Shown: piece after piece, positions 38,465 through 52,700 of the stretch
How positions within the stretch are numbered: position 1 is the stretch's first letter
Layout of the letters: each line of letters starts with the position of its first letter
Source of the DNA: Cenococcum geophilum
Lineage: Eukaryota
Direction: 5' to 3'
Length of the DNA: 64,000 nucleotides
NCBI GenBank assembly: GCA_050273025.1
Contig: CP158635.1
Coordinates: 31,620,001 to 31,684,000 of the forward strand
The notes under the pieces: generated by a model
Databases searched by the model: none
What the model was told of the DNA's origin: nothing
The model's input: only the letters and a program-made list of their open reading frames with translations
Translations under genes and position numbers: made by a program

Positions 38465-40784
38465 TATATATAGGCTATATATATATTTAGAATAGCTAAA
38501 GTACACTTTAAGACTATAGAGCACTTATTAGCTTTTATAGTAGGTATTAAATTATTATCTAAGAGGCAGTAGACTATATTATAATGTTAGAATATCTAGC
38601 AATTAGAAAAGAAGGAATTATATACTTTATCTATAAAGTAATACCTCTACTATTTATAAATATAGATAAAGAAATAGTATATAAGGTTATTTGTAACAAA
38701 GCCTTATAGGAAATACTACGGTAGACTTATTAATAGGCTAGGTATATAGGCAAACAAGAAGTTAATAATATAATAATAACTAGTGGAGTAGTTGCCTAAT
38801 AGATTATCTCTAATTATATTCTAAGATTTACTATAGGAAAGAGAACTATCTAGGTAGGGACTATAGTCCTTTAAATATACAATACTGCGCCTAAGAAGTG
38901 TACTAAGTATGTTAATACGTTAGTACGTTAGTATATCACGTTCCTACATTCCTACATTCCTACGTTCCTACGTTCTAAACTTATAACGTAATTTAGTTAC
39001 CCCTTATCCTATAGTTTAACTAGTTTTAGCACCTCCCGTACTTCTATTACTAGTCCGTTTATATCTCTTCTTAATAGTTCTATTACTGCCGATATAAGGT
39101 CCGTAACGCTATCCCCCTCCTCTTTATTTTTATTCTTGGGGATATCTCGCATCTCTAAGTCGTTTATTAGAGGTATAGCATTTCCGTTTTTAATTTAATA
39201 ACCTTTATTATTTCTAATACCTCCTATTAGATCTTCTATATTTAATTATTATAATTAGCTAGTAATATTTATTCTTTCGCTTAATAAAGTTATGCTATTT
39301 TGTTTTTATTATATAGAGAAGAAGTTAGTATATATTATAATCGCGGCTCTATCTAGTCGCTAACTTTCTTTCTATACTAAGTATATGTAAGTAAATATAT
39401 AATTATCCCATAATATTTAATCTATCTCTAACGCTAAGTATATATATCTTATTACTCTTTATAACCATTTAATTCTTTATCTAATCTATTTTAAGGTCTT
39501 ACGTATTAGTAGCGGCTAAAAGACTAAAGAGTAAGCTGGCTAAGGCCCTTACTAAAGTTTAACGCCGTTCTAATAAGGCGTCTTAGGCTCTAAAGGCTTA
39601 ACTTAATACTTATGCTTAGTTATCTCATTTAGTAAAGGTTTGTAAGAAGGTATGCTTTAAAAAGCTATATTTAATAGAGTAAGGTCTCTTTAAGCTTAAG
39701 GCTAAGAAGGCTAAAAAGCATTCTACTTATAAAGAGGCGGAAACAGTTTATGCGCTAGTAGTAGATCCCTTAGATAATCCGGCTCGTCTATTACCTTTAA
39801 CTAATCCTTTTATCTTTAGCTCCTTTTTAATAGTACCTAACCTATTTTTTTTTAAATACTCCTATACCTTTTCTATAGCATTCTTTAGGTTTCTTAGTAG
39901 CTCCTAGGTAGTCTTATTATAGCCTATCTACTTTACCTTATACTATATTTTGTCGTTAATATCCTTATAATTAATAATCTTTAAAACTTACTATTTATCT
40001 TTCTCTTATCCTTTATATATATCTACTTTATAAACTAGTAGCTCTATATCTCCATACGCTAGCTCTAGTATTATAATGTGCTATATAGGGCAGATCTTTA
40101 TTTTCGCTAGTAAGTTAAGTTTATACGTAACTTTTAAAATCTTTATTATAATTTTAAATGGTCCTAGTCTAATGTAGTTTAACTTCTTACTTAGTTGTCG
40201 ACTTATAAAAATTTTGTATAATAGCTATACTTTATCCCCCTCCTTTAGATCTGGTCCCTTAGATCTCTTAATATTATAGTACTGTTTTATCTTTTCTTAT
40301 ACTATCTTTATTATTAAATAGAGGTCCTTATAAACATTTATTAGAGTCTCTATTCTTTACTTTACTATTCTACTTATTTTCTTTACTTATTATAGTAATA
40401 GCGATATTCTAGGCTTATATCTTTAATTTGCCTAAAATAGTAATATCTCTATACCTTTTTATGGTGTCGTATTATATATAAACTGTATAATTAGTAATAG
40501 TAATACCTAATTATTCTGTATATAATTAATATAATATTTTAGGTACTGCTCTAGTATCTAATTTAATCTTTCTATTTATCTGTCTGTCTGCGAATAATCT
40601 ACAGTAGAAGTTACTGCTTAAACCCCCTATTCCGCTAAAAATACCTTTTAGAATACTACTATAAATCTTAAATCTCTATCTAATATAATTTTGCTTAGTG
40701 CTCTATGTTTTATAAATACTTCTTTAATATAGATTCTAGCGACATCTTCTACTAATATTTCTTCTGTATATACTACAAAGTAGC

Positions 40785-40981
40785 TATTACGGGAGTTACC
40801 GCGCACATTCGTCCCGTGAACCTACGCACGTACTATCGCAACCCCTATATCTTCGACCACGTTTCCTAACCTGTTCCTATTCTGCATCGAACGTCTTAAA
40901 CCATTACGTGTTAATGTACTTAGCATGGTCAATAGCTAGCAATCAAGCTTATTTGTAAACTGCTTTGTCAACTCCGTAACA
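40785..40981. mobile_element. Solo LTR in integrase of element E
   Basis: tattacgg...ccgtaaca ends, TSD gtagc. Confidence 0.85.
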
Positions 40982-42135
40982 GTAGCATTATTTAGTTAAC
41001 TTATCCACTATTATAAGAATTACGTTATGCTCCTATCTAGTAATAAGATCTTTTAACTTTAGTAATTTTATAATAAAGTCCTATAATATTATTTCCTATA
41101 GACGTTTTAGTATTTTAATAGGCTGTAGCTTTCTATGCATCTTATACCTTATTAGCTTATTTCTTTAGCAATCTAAATATTTCTTTATAACTCTTCTTAC
41201 TAAGCCCTATATTCCATTAATAATATACTCCGCTTAGAGTTTTAACACTAAGCCTATAGCTCCGTTATATCCCTATATTATTCCTTTATAGAAATCTTTA
41301 ATAAATTCTTCTACTATTTTCTTTAGGATGTACATACTTATTCTCCATTTGTACTAGTCCGCTTTTAAGTCCTTAAATTATACTTCTTAAATCCTTCTTA
41401 TTTAATTGCTTTCCAGTAATTTATGCTCTTAGGTTACTATAAGCTTAGGGTAATTATATCTAATTAATCCGTCACTATCTTTGCGTAGCATTACCCCTAA
41501 TAGCTTTTCGTTATTTTATAGTTTAGCCTTTCTACTAAGCACGTCTACTCTTATGTTTTTAGTGCCTTTAGTATACTAAATCTTAAAATAGTATTCTATA
41601 AGCATCTCTACCCATCTAACTTATCTTTTATTAAGTTCTTTTATTGTTAAGAACCCTATTAGGTTCTTATAATCTATTTTAACTATAAATAGTTTCTTTA
41701 TACCTTATAAGAACGCTCTCTATTTTTTAAGTACTATAACTAAATATTATAATTTAGTTCTAGTGGTGTTATCTTTTAACTATAGTATGTTACTAGATGC
41801 TATATATTCTTATACTTTTATAGTAAGTATACTCCTAGTATAAAGTCTAATATGTTTATTTTTACAATTATCTCTAATCCTAATTAGTAGATTTTAAGGA
41901 TTAGTTTCTAGGTAAACTTTATCTTAAGTTTCTAAAATAGCTCCTTTTGCTCGTTTCCCTAAACCCATAGTTCCTCTTTCTTAGTTAGTTTTATAAATGG
42001 CTTAATGCTTATTAACTACTATACTATAAACCTTTTATAATAGTTACAAAACTCTAAAAATAACCTTAACTATATTATATTTTCTAGTTCTTGCCAATTT
42101 ACTATAGCCTTAATTTTTTTTAGGTCTATACTAAT

Positions 42136-45100
42136 TGTTGGGAATAAAGGCAAATGGTTACCATATGAGGTATATTGCCGTCATGTATAGCAAGTTGCCG
42201 TTACGTGCGGCAAGTTGCTATCACGTGCCGCCGCGGCACTAGCGTGGTGAGGAACCTTAAGTTCCTTACCCCTTTCTTTAAGAAGAATATAGAATAATTA
42301 TTATACTATCTACAAACCATAGCTACGTGATATCCCCTTGTGTAACTAATACTAATTAGTAGTTAACTTTACTGTTATACTATAGAATAGCTAGGTATTA
42401 CTAAGAAGAGATAAGCCACTATACTAGTGCTACTTGTGCTAAAGGAAGCTGTCTTTTAAGGTTAGAACTAGTCCTAAACCTTAAATAGAACTCTTCCACG
42501 AATCTAAGGATCTAAAAGGCTAGAACTGGTCCTAAGCCTTTCTAAGATTACGGATTCTTGCGTCTATTACGCAGAACAACACGCTTTATAAGTCTTTACG
42601 TGTCGGTATTACCCAGGGGGTACTGCAATTGCAATATAAGGTAACTGTTTCTTAATTCATTTATGTCTTTTCGCAGAGGATTATAAGGATTGTGGTGCCT
42701 AAATAGGGGGCTAATGAGTCACCGTAAGGATGACTAATTAGAGATATAACTACGTAACCTCTACTCGTATAGATATTACGATTTAAGGCTAGAACTGGTC
42801 CTAAGCCCTATAATTATAAATACACGTCCGAATGTGTACTAAACAATAAACGCGTACTAAATAACAAATATATATTACGAACGCGTACTAAACGATAATC
42901 CCTATACTAATAATACTTCCCTCCCTCCGAAAATATAGCTACGCCTACTTTAAATAACTGGAAAGACTCCTTACTACTAGGGGTAGCTAAGCACGTAAAA
43001 CTTATTGATAAAGATTAGGACGAATTCGCCTTTAATATAATAATTTATACTATAAAATAAGTCAACGGCTTTCTCCTATACTATATTATATTCTACCAAA
43101 ATAGATATTACGCCGATTTATAACTATAGGAGTATTTTAGGGAGGATTTTATAGGATAGACTGCTAATACCTAGGCACTTGGCAACGTTAATATTATTTA
43201 GGATTTTTAAGACTTCCTCTATAGGAATGGGGTATATATTGCTAAGAACGGTAACCTAATTGCTAGTAATATTTAGGCCGTTATTGCTAGTATAGAAGAA
43301 CTAATATAGACGGAAGCTAAGATTATACGTTAACTATAGAAACCTAAAAACAACCCATATTCTTTAGAAGGCAACTTTAATTTATATTAAAACCCCTAGA
43401 ATACTAACCCCCTACCTAGAGCTGCTCTCCTACCTAGAGGTGCTCTCCTACTTAGAGTTGCTCTACCTTTACCTTCTCCACTCTAGCTAACCAGTAAGCC
43501 TTTACTATAAGAAGTTACGAATCTAATAAAGGTATATTTAGATAAAGAGAAGAAGTTTAGAGGAGAACTATATAATATGCTTAAAGTAAAACTATAGGTT
43601 TTTTATAACTATTGTAATAAGGTTAGAATTTAACGCTACTAGTACTATTACGCTTTCTCTATTATATTAAAGGGACAGGTAGTAATATTCTATTACGACT
43701 ATATTACGGGTAAAAACTATAACTTTAATATAATACTTTAGCTTACTAGAGCCTACTTTAAGACTAATAAGAATTGCTAACTTTATATGTCTAAATAGCG
43801 GGAGACTATATTCTAGAGAGTTATTACTTCTAACCTAATAAAGACTTATTTAGAGTGCCTTTAACTATTCTTTAATAAACTTTAGAAAATCTAATATAGC
43901 TTTACTAAAACTTACTAAAATAAAAACAGTTTAAGGGACTAGGTTATCTTAGTATGCTATAGCGTTCCTAAGTATAACTTAGCGCTATATAAACCTACGG
44001 ATACGTTTAAAGGAGTATATGTTAAGCTACGCTCTGCTATAGGTACTGCAATGCGAATATAAGAATCTTAATAGTTCTATACCGAAAACCCTACTTAACT
44101 AAGTATTCTTAACTAATATAATTATAACTAGACTGATTAAATATATAGTGGCTGTAGTAGGGAATATAGAAGAGGGTATAATTAATATTAACTATAAGGT
44201 GGTTATAAAGGTCCTTATAGAGGTTTATTTTAAAGTAATTACTAGAAGAAGTGCTATGTTTGTAAGAAGCTAAATTGCTAGTTAACTAGACACTCCCTTA
44301 ATAAGCGAAAAGAGGTATATAATAAGTTCCGTTAGAGTATAAGAAACGTCGGAAATTATAAGGTTACTATAGCCTACTTTTAAAGCTTTTTAGTTTAATA
44401 TAAAGGCGCAGAAGATCTTAAGGGTAAGGTTAATAAGGTTAAACAGCTTCTTATAGATATAGAAATTAAGGACTACTTACCTAACTAATACTTTACTAAG
44501 TATGGTAAGGTAAATAGTATATAAACCGTTGCTGTTCTTAATAACCAATCTACGCTCTATTTTATTACAAAGTTAGATATCTTTAATAAGCTAAAGGAGA
44601 GCTCCGCGTTTTCCTTTAACGATAGATACTTGGCGAACGTCTTCTATAGTATTATGCCGGATATTAGAGCCGCAGGAGTATCTATAGTAGGAGAACCTTA
44701 AGTTTAAGCCCTTTAGTAGCTTAATAGCTCTATTTAGATTAACTATTTAACGGCAGGCTAATATACGATTTGTTTTAGCAAGGGTACTATAATCTCTCTT
44801 GGTATAATTAGGGTTTAAACCCCCTTAGGGTATATTACTTTTTACGTTATTCCTATAAATACCCCGTTTCTATTTTGCATTAGAGATATAAATAAACTAG
44901 GTATTAAGCTTAATAACCTTAAGAATATACTTATATAGGGAGATAATTGGGTGCCTATTATATGTAAGTAGGGTTACCCTTAGCTACTCCTTTAATAACT
45001 AGAAAAGAGTATTGCTTAAAGCCATTTAACTAAGTTAGAGTTATGTTAACTATACCGTTGTTTTGGCTACCTATCCATTTATTAATTATTTAGGGTTCTT

Positions 45101-48100
45101 TAGTAAGCAGGCTATAAAGTTAAGGTTAAGGTAATTAAGTATCTTATAAAGTACTGCTATTACTGCTAAATGAACTAAAAGTCCCCTAGCCGATTTAAGT
45201 TTACCCTTAAAGATAACTATAACTTTAACTTCTATATTATCATTAACGTTATATATCTTAGTGGTAAGCCAGTACTTTAAGTTATTGACTTCTTAACCTC
45301 CTTCTAAGCCGTATAATTCTTAAAGGATATATTAGCTAGGAACGCATAGGATACCCTCTAGTTATACTAGATTAATGTCTACCTAGGACCCCCTAATTAA
45401 ATCGTCTATAATATAGGAAAGAACTTCTTATCTATAGAGTTCCGATAATAAATAAAGGTAATAGCAATTAAGGTTAAGGAAGTCCCTATTAAGGCATATA
45501 ATAGTATTAAAAAAGTAGAGCGATATTACGCGCTATTACGCCGCGCATATAAGATTATCTTTTTAAAACTAAAGGATGCTAGTAAAGAACTTACCTTATA
45601 AATAGCTGTTAAAGCTATTAATAATTCCGCTAGCCCGGATAGACTTATACCTATATTACTAGTCTTTAGCGCCTACCTACAAATAACTAATAATTCTTTA
45701 CTATCTCCCTCTATTATATAATAAGCTAAGGCAATTTATAAGGCAATAAAGGAGGTGTAACGCCTCTATGCTATATACTAGGTTAATAACGTATTAGAAA
45801 TAAGAAATGGCCTAAATACCTTAACTACGCTCAATTTACCACTTTAGTCTAAAGTACGCGTATGGCGTAAAAGGGGAGGATGGTTAAGCCCATATTAACT
45901 TATTATAATTAATAGTTAAACTTATACTATTTAGATGCCTTACGGACCTACCTAATTCCGTTTAACTATTATTAAGCCCTACTATAAAGATAATAATTCT
46001 AAGCCTTTATAGGATGCCCTAAAAGATGCCCTAGAAGAGAACTATAATTAATATACTCTAGAAGGCGACTACGATCCCAATATAATTGTAGTAGATACGC
46101 TATAACTATAACGCGGTAGAGGTCGTCTAAAGGGATTACAAAATTGCTAATACCTTATTAATTTTAAAGAACAATTTGTTGCCGCTATTAAAAATAAAGT
46201 TAAGTTATTAATAGCCTTTATAATAGCTAAAGAGAAGGCTAACTTTAAGCTTGTAAAATAGCTCTAAAAGGAAGGTTATATTATAACCCTAGGAGCTCCT
46301 TTCTAAGCATCCAATAAGCAGGAGATCAACGGTCTTATTATAAGAGGAGTCTTTAAATTTAAGAAATATAACCCTACTAAGTTCGATAGAGTTCACATCT
46401 TTAAGTTAAGAATGGTTAATAAGATTAAGGGCAAAGCTACTAACGCCCTATTTAAGAAATTAAGGCTTATTATCTAAGGTTATAACGATAATGGTAAAGA
46501 GATAATTCTTATATAATCTCCCACGATTTAACAAGCTAGTTAGTAAGTTATTATTGTATTAGCTCCCTCCTTAATAAAGAATAGAATGGCGGTTTATTTA
46601 TAAGATATTACTTAAGCCTACACCTAATTAGAGACGCACCTTTAGCGCTTAATATTAGCATACCTTCTAGAGCAAATTTGCTACTAGTATCCTAAAGACA
46701 CGATTATAGTTGTGCTTAAGCCATTGTATAGAATTATAAAGGTAGGAACTTACTAGTGGGCTACCTATAGCAAGCACTATAAAGAGAAGCTTTTAATAAC
46801 TACTTCTATATTTAATCCCTGCTTCCTTATTATAACTATAGAAACCCTATTTAGAATTGTTGGTATATAAACTAATAATATAATTATCTTAGGTAACGAC
46901 CAATTCTTAGCTCTTAAAGAGGATAAGCTAGTAAAGGTAAATCTTATAGCAAAGCTAAAGGAAAAGCTTAACTTAATAATACTATTACTCTTTAATAGAT
47001 GCATCCTCTCCCTAAATAAGAATTCCATTACTTTACGCCAGAAGGGTTAAGGTAAGAAGATTAATGTTATTAACATTAATTCTCTAAAGTAAGGATATAT
47101 AGAGCAACGTGCTTACAGAGCTTATATTACTTCTATCTATTAACCCAAGGCTTTATTTAATCTCTTTGTTGCGGCTTAATACTAAGAACTAACTAAGGAT
47201 AATATCCTTGCCCTAAATAAGCGTCTTTTCTAGCAAATAAACTATCTTAATTAGGGACTACTCTACGTGCCTATTAATCTTCCTACTACTAAACTCTTTA
47301 TATTTATTAATAGATCGTTTATAAATAATAAAGATTTTAGCTCTTAGTTAGGATATAAGATTATTATCGCGAATGAATTTACTAGAGAGAATAACTTTAT
47401 AATCTACAGTAACCTTATCTATTAGAGCTTAACTAAGAGTAAGTATATTACTTAAAGCGTTTTAGCGTTAGAGATATATAGAATGGTTGGCGGAGTTAAT
47501 ATAGCAATTATAATTGGAACTACCCTAAAGATAATTATAGATTGGCTTAAACTTCCTATTATCCCTATAATCGTGTGCACTAACTTATATTCCCTTTATA
47601 AGTATTTAGTTAAGCTCGGTACTACGAAGGAGAAGCGCCTTATAATTAATATTATGGCACTTTAGCAATCCTATAAGCGCCAAAAACTCTTTAAGATTTA
47701 ATGGATTAATAGCTAAGATAACCCGGTAGATATAATGACGAAGGCAAACCTAAATAAAGCACTAAAGACGTTTGTTAATATAAATACTCTATATATACGA
47801 GTTAAAGGTTAGGTTAAAAGGGAGTCCCTAGAAATTTCTTAGTTATATAAGGTCTTAAGATGTCCAGGAACTTTAACCGGCGGTTAAAGTTATTTAATTA
47901 GTTAGATTCTGTAGACCCTAACTTAAACTAGCTAATTAGGATTTTCCATCCCTAGAATGGAAAATTACTATTAGCTTGCTTACCGCCAGCGCCTTAGCGG
48001 CCCTACTAACAAGATACCTACCTATAACTTATAAGTAAGAAAGCACTACGTGCTAAGGGGCAAATTTTAGGACAGCGAGACTTATATTGCAATAGCAATA

Positions 48101-48398
48101 GTAAGTAAAGAGGATTAATTTTTGTTCCGCTAGTTAAGCGGTATATATATATAGATGGCAACTATAAAAGAAGAGTTACTAGTATTGGGAATAAAGGCAA
48201 ATGGTCACTATATAAGGCATATTGCCGTTACGTGTGGCAAGTTGCCGTTACGTGCAGCAAGTTGCTATCACGTGCCGCCGTGGCACTAGCGTGGTAAGGA
48301 ACCCTAAGTTCCTTACCCCTTTCTTTAAGAAGAATATAGAACAATTATCATACTATCTACGAACCGTAGCTACGTAATATCCTTTTGTGTAACCAACA
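42136..48398 (+). mobile_element. Ty1/Copia element F, full length, RIPed (LTRs 42136-42351 and 48183-48398)
   Basis: 216-bp LTR pair, TSD ctaat; KKCYVCKK knuckle ~44245, IMPDTGAA protease ~44650, integrase, KSRLVIQGYND RT ~46455, RNase H. Confidence 0.95.
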
Positions 48399-48634
48399 CT
48401 AATATAACCTAGTTTAATAATAAATCTAATAAAATCTATCTTTCTAGTAAAGAACTTATATTTCTTAATTACTACTAATATCTATTCTTCTTATAGTCTT
48501 CTTAAAACCCATTTAATATATTCCCCGTATTCTTCCTTATTTATTAAGTAGATAATAATATTATTAAGGTATACTATAATAAACTTGGTAAGGTGTTCTC
48601 CTAATATACTATTAATTTGCTTCTAGAACGTTAC

Positions 48635-48827
48635 TGTCTAAATAAGTTCAAACGGGAATTTATAGACGCAATTACGTGAGCTAAGCGAGCTCAGGAAACC
48701 CCTTAAATTCCACCTATTTATGTACGATTAGAAAAACAAGTCACCACTATCTAAAAGAGCATACGATACTATACGTATTTCGTGCCCCTGGATATGACTT
48801 ACTTGTATTATTAAGTTGATATAAACA
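48635..48827 (+). mobile_element. Solo LTR related to the Copia G LTR, inserted in RT of element E
   Basis: tgtc...aaaca ends, TSD gttac; last ~80 bp resemble the reverse complement of 49701-49783. Confidence 0.85.
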
Positions 48828-49700
48828 GTTACTAATACGTTTATAAGTCCGAATTTCATAACCAATAGTTTATATAGTCCTTCCTTTAACCTAAAGGCTG
48901 CCTTCTATTTATCGCCCTTTTTAATCCTAATCTGGTAATATGCCTACCTTAGATCTATTTTTATAAAGATTTACGCATTACCTATCCAATTCTAGATTTC
49001 GTTAATTAAGGGTAAAGGATATCTATCCTTCCTAGTAATACTATTTAACTATTTATAGTTAATATATAACCTAAGTTTTCTATTTTTCTTTAGTATAAAT
49101 AGTACTGGATAACCTACTAATAACTATAATAGTCTAATATATCCCTTTTATAGGATTTCCTAGACAAACTCTTTAAGTGCTCTTAACTCCTCTTTAGTTA
49201 GTTTATAGATTGGAAAGAACCTTAGACTTATTTCTAGTTTTAATTTAATCTTATAGTCCTATACTATATACTCTAACAGCTTTTTACTTTCTAGGCTCCA
49301 TAGCTTTTTACTATACTTATAATATCTCTTTAGTATATAGAACAACCCCTTCTCGGTTTCCTTATACGTCGCTCCAACTTAATACTATATTAACTTAGTT
49401 ACTATATATATCTTACGTTATTAAGTATCTCTTATATTAACCTAACCTATAACCTAATTAATCTTTAGATTATATTTCTATAACTAAGGCATACCTAGTA
49501 CTACCTTATCCCGTCCTAATAGTAGGATATTAAAAGATATCTTAATTTGTCTTCCTTTAATAGTTACCTAAATAGGTCCTATTTTAAGGTTAATATTACC
49601 TCCTCTATAAGCTATTGGATCTCCAAAAATTATAACTAATAAATAAGGGTGCTCCTTCTATCTATAAGGTAGTCCTATTTATTTAACTACTATTAGTAAG

Positions 49701-52700
49701 TGTTCGTACTAACTTAATAGCATGAGTGAGTCGTATCCACGGGCACGAAATACATGTAGTATCGTATGCTTGTTTAGATAGTGACTGTCGATTATATAAA
49801 GCAGACTACGTAGTCTATATACTAATGCACCTCCCCCCTAATTAGTTAGTACTTCATAAGTGCACCAGACGCGTAAGCAAGTAGTTAGTGCACTGAACAC
49901 GTAAACGCGTACCTGGTGTACCAAACGCGTAAGCACGCGTTTAGTACAACAGGTGCTGTAATTATATACTGGCAGTACTTAAAAAATGAAACCACCTGTA
50001 TACAGCCTCCGTAATTGCTTTAATAAAACCATAGAACACAAAGGAAAATACATAGGAAATCTCCCCGAGGTGCCGTCTAGGCTGCCTTCCAAATGGTGCC
50101 CCAAGCTAGCCGTAAGTTCTGCTTACGGTCCATAAAATAAACCGTACGGCCTTTTAACGGGCAGTAGACGAGCTATAAGTTAGATTTTAAGGGCCGCTAA
50201 GGCGCTAGTGCTAAGCGAACTAATAGCGATTTTCCATCCCGGGGATGGAAAATCGTAATTGGTCAATTTAACTACCCTATAAAATTCGGCAGGTCACGTA
50301 AGTCCACCAAGTTCCACCATAGCTTTCCACCGTTTTCCACCTATACTGTATAATAAGCCGTACGGCCTTCCAACGGGCCGTAGACATACCATAGGTGCTC
50401 CGTTAGTCCCGTTCTACCTATTCTATAACTTTTAGGTTAAGCTTATTTATGTTAATTAGGGTTTTAAGGGCTTAACATAGCTTTACCTTAGTCATGGCGT
50501 CCGCTAGGTTGTCTCCGCTGCTAATCCATTTAACCTCTATAATCTCACGTCGTTCGTAGGCCTAACGTAAGCACATTAGGTTGACCATAAGCCTCTTCTC
50601 TTATATCGTACCTAGTTTAACTAGGCAGTTATAAAGGGACTTTAAATCGGTGCATAAAACTAGGGGTAACTGCTCTAGTTATAGAATCTTCTAGACTATT
50701 AATTTAATTGCAGCTGCTATATTAAATCTATAAGCTAGTATATATAGTTTAGAAGCTAGTATACTACGGGTTACTTATTTACACTTAATTAAAGACTAGT
50801 ATAGTATATTTGCGTCCTAATTGCGGTCCGTAAGTACAATTACAAAGCCAATTTGTAATAATAGGTCTTTATTATTAGCAAAGGAAGCGTCTATAAATGC
50901 CAGTAGGCTAAGGGAATTTAGGTCTAGTGGTATAAAAGTAAGTCCCCTTACTACATTATCAATTTGCCACTAAATGCGCTTATTAAGCTACTTAACATTT
51001 TCTTCTTATGGATCTACTACCTGGGCCGCAAAGGACAAGTTATAGGCAGATTTGGGTTAGCAGACTATAGTAATATAGGCGCCTCTTACACGCTATATAG
51101 CGTATTAGTTCTTTATATTTATAGTCTTACGGGTCTCTTTACGGGAACTAGTAAGGTCCGTAGGCTTTGCTATAACAAACTTTAGGTTTTAAGCTTAGCG
51201 TTCCTAAGTTAGCTTAATTAGGTTGCCCTTTTATATAATTAGGCCTCTATTAAACTTAATTAGATTCTACTTAGTTAACTACTCTTGCGGCTTTACCAAG
51301 AACTTAGCCTTTTATAGTTTAGTTTCTTTAGCGTCTATAAAGGTCTAGTCTGCTAGGAATAGGGTATCGTCTATTTAAAGTCTAATAATACCAAGGCCGT
51401 TTAATGGGCTATATAGGAGGCAGGGGTCGTAGGTCAACTATTCTATTTTAAGCTTACTAACGTAATGCTAGTGGTACGTCTTAAACCAGTGGTTCCTAGC
51501 TTCTAGTACTCCGTAAAGAGGTTTTATAACCCGTAAAATTGTTCCTAGTTATAGGTTAAGCTTACGGGGTAGTCATATAAAGATGTCCCTACTTAGATAG
51601 GTATTAGACTGCACGTAGGCTTGCGAGATATCCCATAAGTATAGGGCTATAGGTTTAATTTGCTGTAGTCCTGGCATAAGTGCAAGTATAATTCGTTAGC
51701 TAACTTATTAAATTATAGGTGATTGCGTAAGGACTAAGTCCTTTCCCTTATCGTTATAAGCTTATATAATAAGCCTTAATTTCTTAAAGGCTTTGTTAGT
51801 ACCAGGGTGCTTAATCTTGTTAATAAAGCGTAAGTTAAATATATGGACGCCTTGCGGGACGTCTTTCTCTATTATAACTGCAAAGACACCCTTTTTAAGT
51901 AGTCCGTTAATCTCTTTATGTTATAAGTCCGTAAACGGGGTTTCCTATACTAGAACTAATATATCTATAGGCGGAGATTGCCTTGCGGATATTCCTGTAA
52001 AGGTTAAGTGATTTTCTATTACGGTGTTCTTAGTTACAGGGTACTTTTAAGGGCGTCCTTAACTATGCTTTATAGTAGGTTTAGTAGGTTTAGTGGGTTT
52101 CTAGGGGACTTCTAGGGTAGGTAAGGGTGCTTCTAGTTCATCTAATTCGGCGGGTGCTTCTAGTTTGTCTAGTTTAACGGGTGCTTCTAGTTTATCTAGT
52201 TCAACGTCATAGGTGTTTTTAGGCCAAAAGTAGGGTTTTACAGACGTGCTTCTGAAGCTGGTTAGCCTACTAGGTAGCTATACACAGCACGTCTTATTTT
52301 CTACAGCCAGTAGACAATAAGGTCTATTCCAACTACCGCTTTTACGCTATATAAGGACTTTAGAGTTAAGCGGGAGGTCGTATACTAGGGTTGTATTAGG
52401 TCTATTACGGTGGTACAGGGCGTTATTAATAGCTTGCTTGGCCCGTAGCTTAACTATTTTAGTTATTGCCTTCCGTATTATAGCTACTCGTTCTATAATA
52501 GACGGGGCAGAAGGGCCTAGGTTGCTTATCCTTAGGTAGGCTCCGTAAACCAAGAGGGTAGGTACTAGTCCGTCGGGGCCAGCGGTGTCATTAACAGCTT
52601 TTACGGCCATCTATAAAGCCAGTTCCTTTTAGATATCCTTATACTCATCTATAATAATCTAGTAAGCTCTCTATAAGGCTAGGTAAGCTCGCTTAATAAG

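Noticed and set aside
36400..38477. Apparent 13-bp TSD (tatatataggcta) around the pogo element
   Set aside because: More simply a TA TSD within a pre-existing 11-bp tandem repeat.
32154..38860. Starship or other giant element carrying the HET gene
   Set aside because: No tyrosine-recombinase (DUF3435) captain or defined boundaries are visible in the window.
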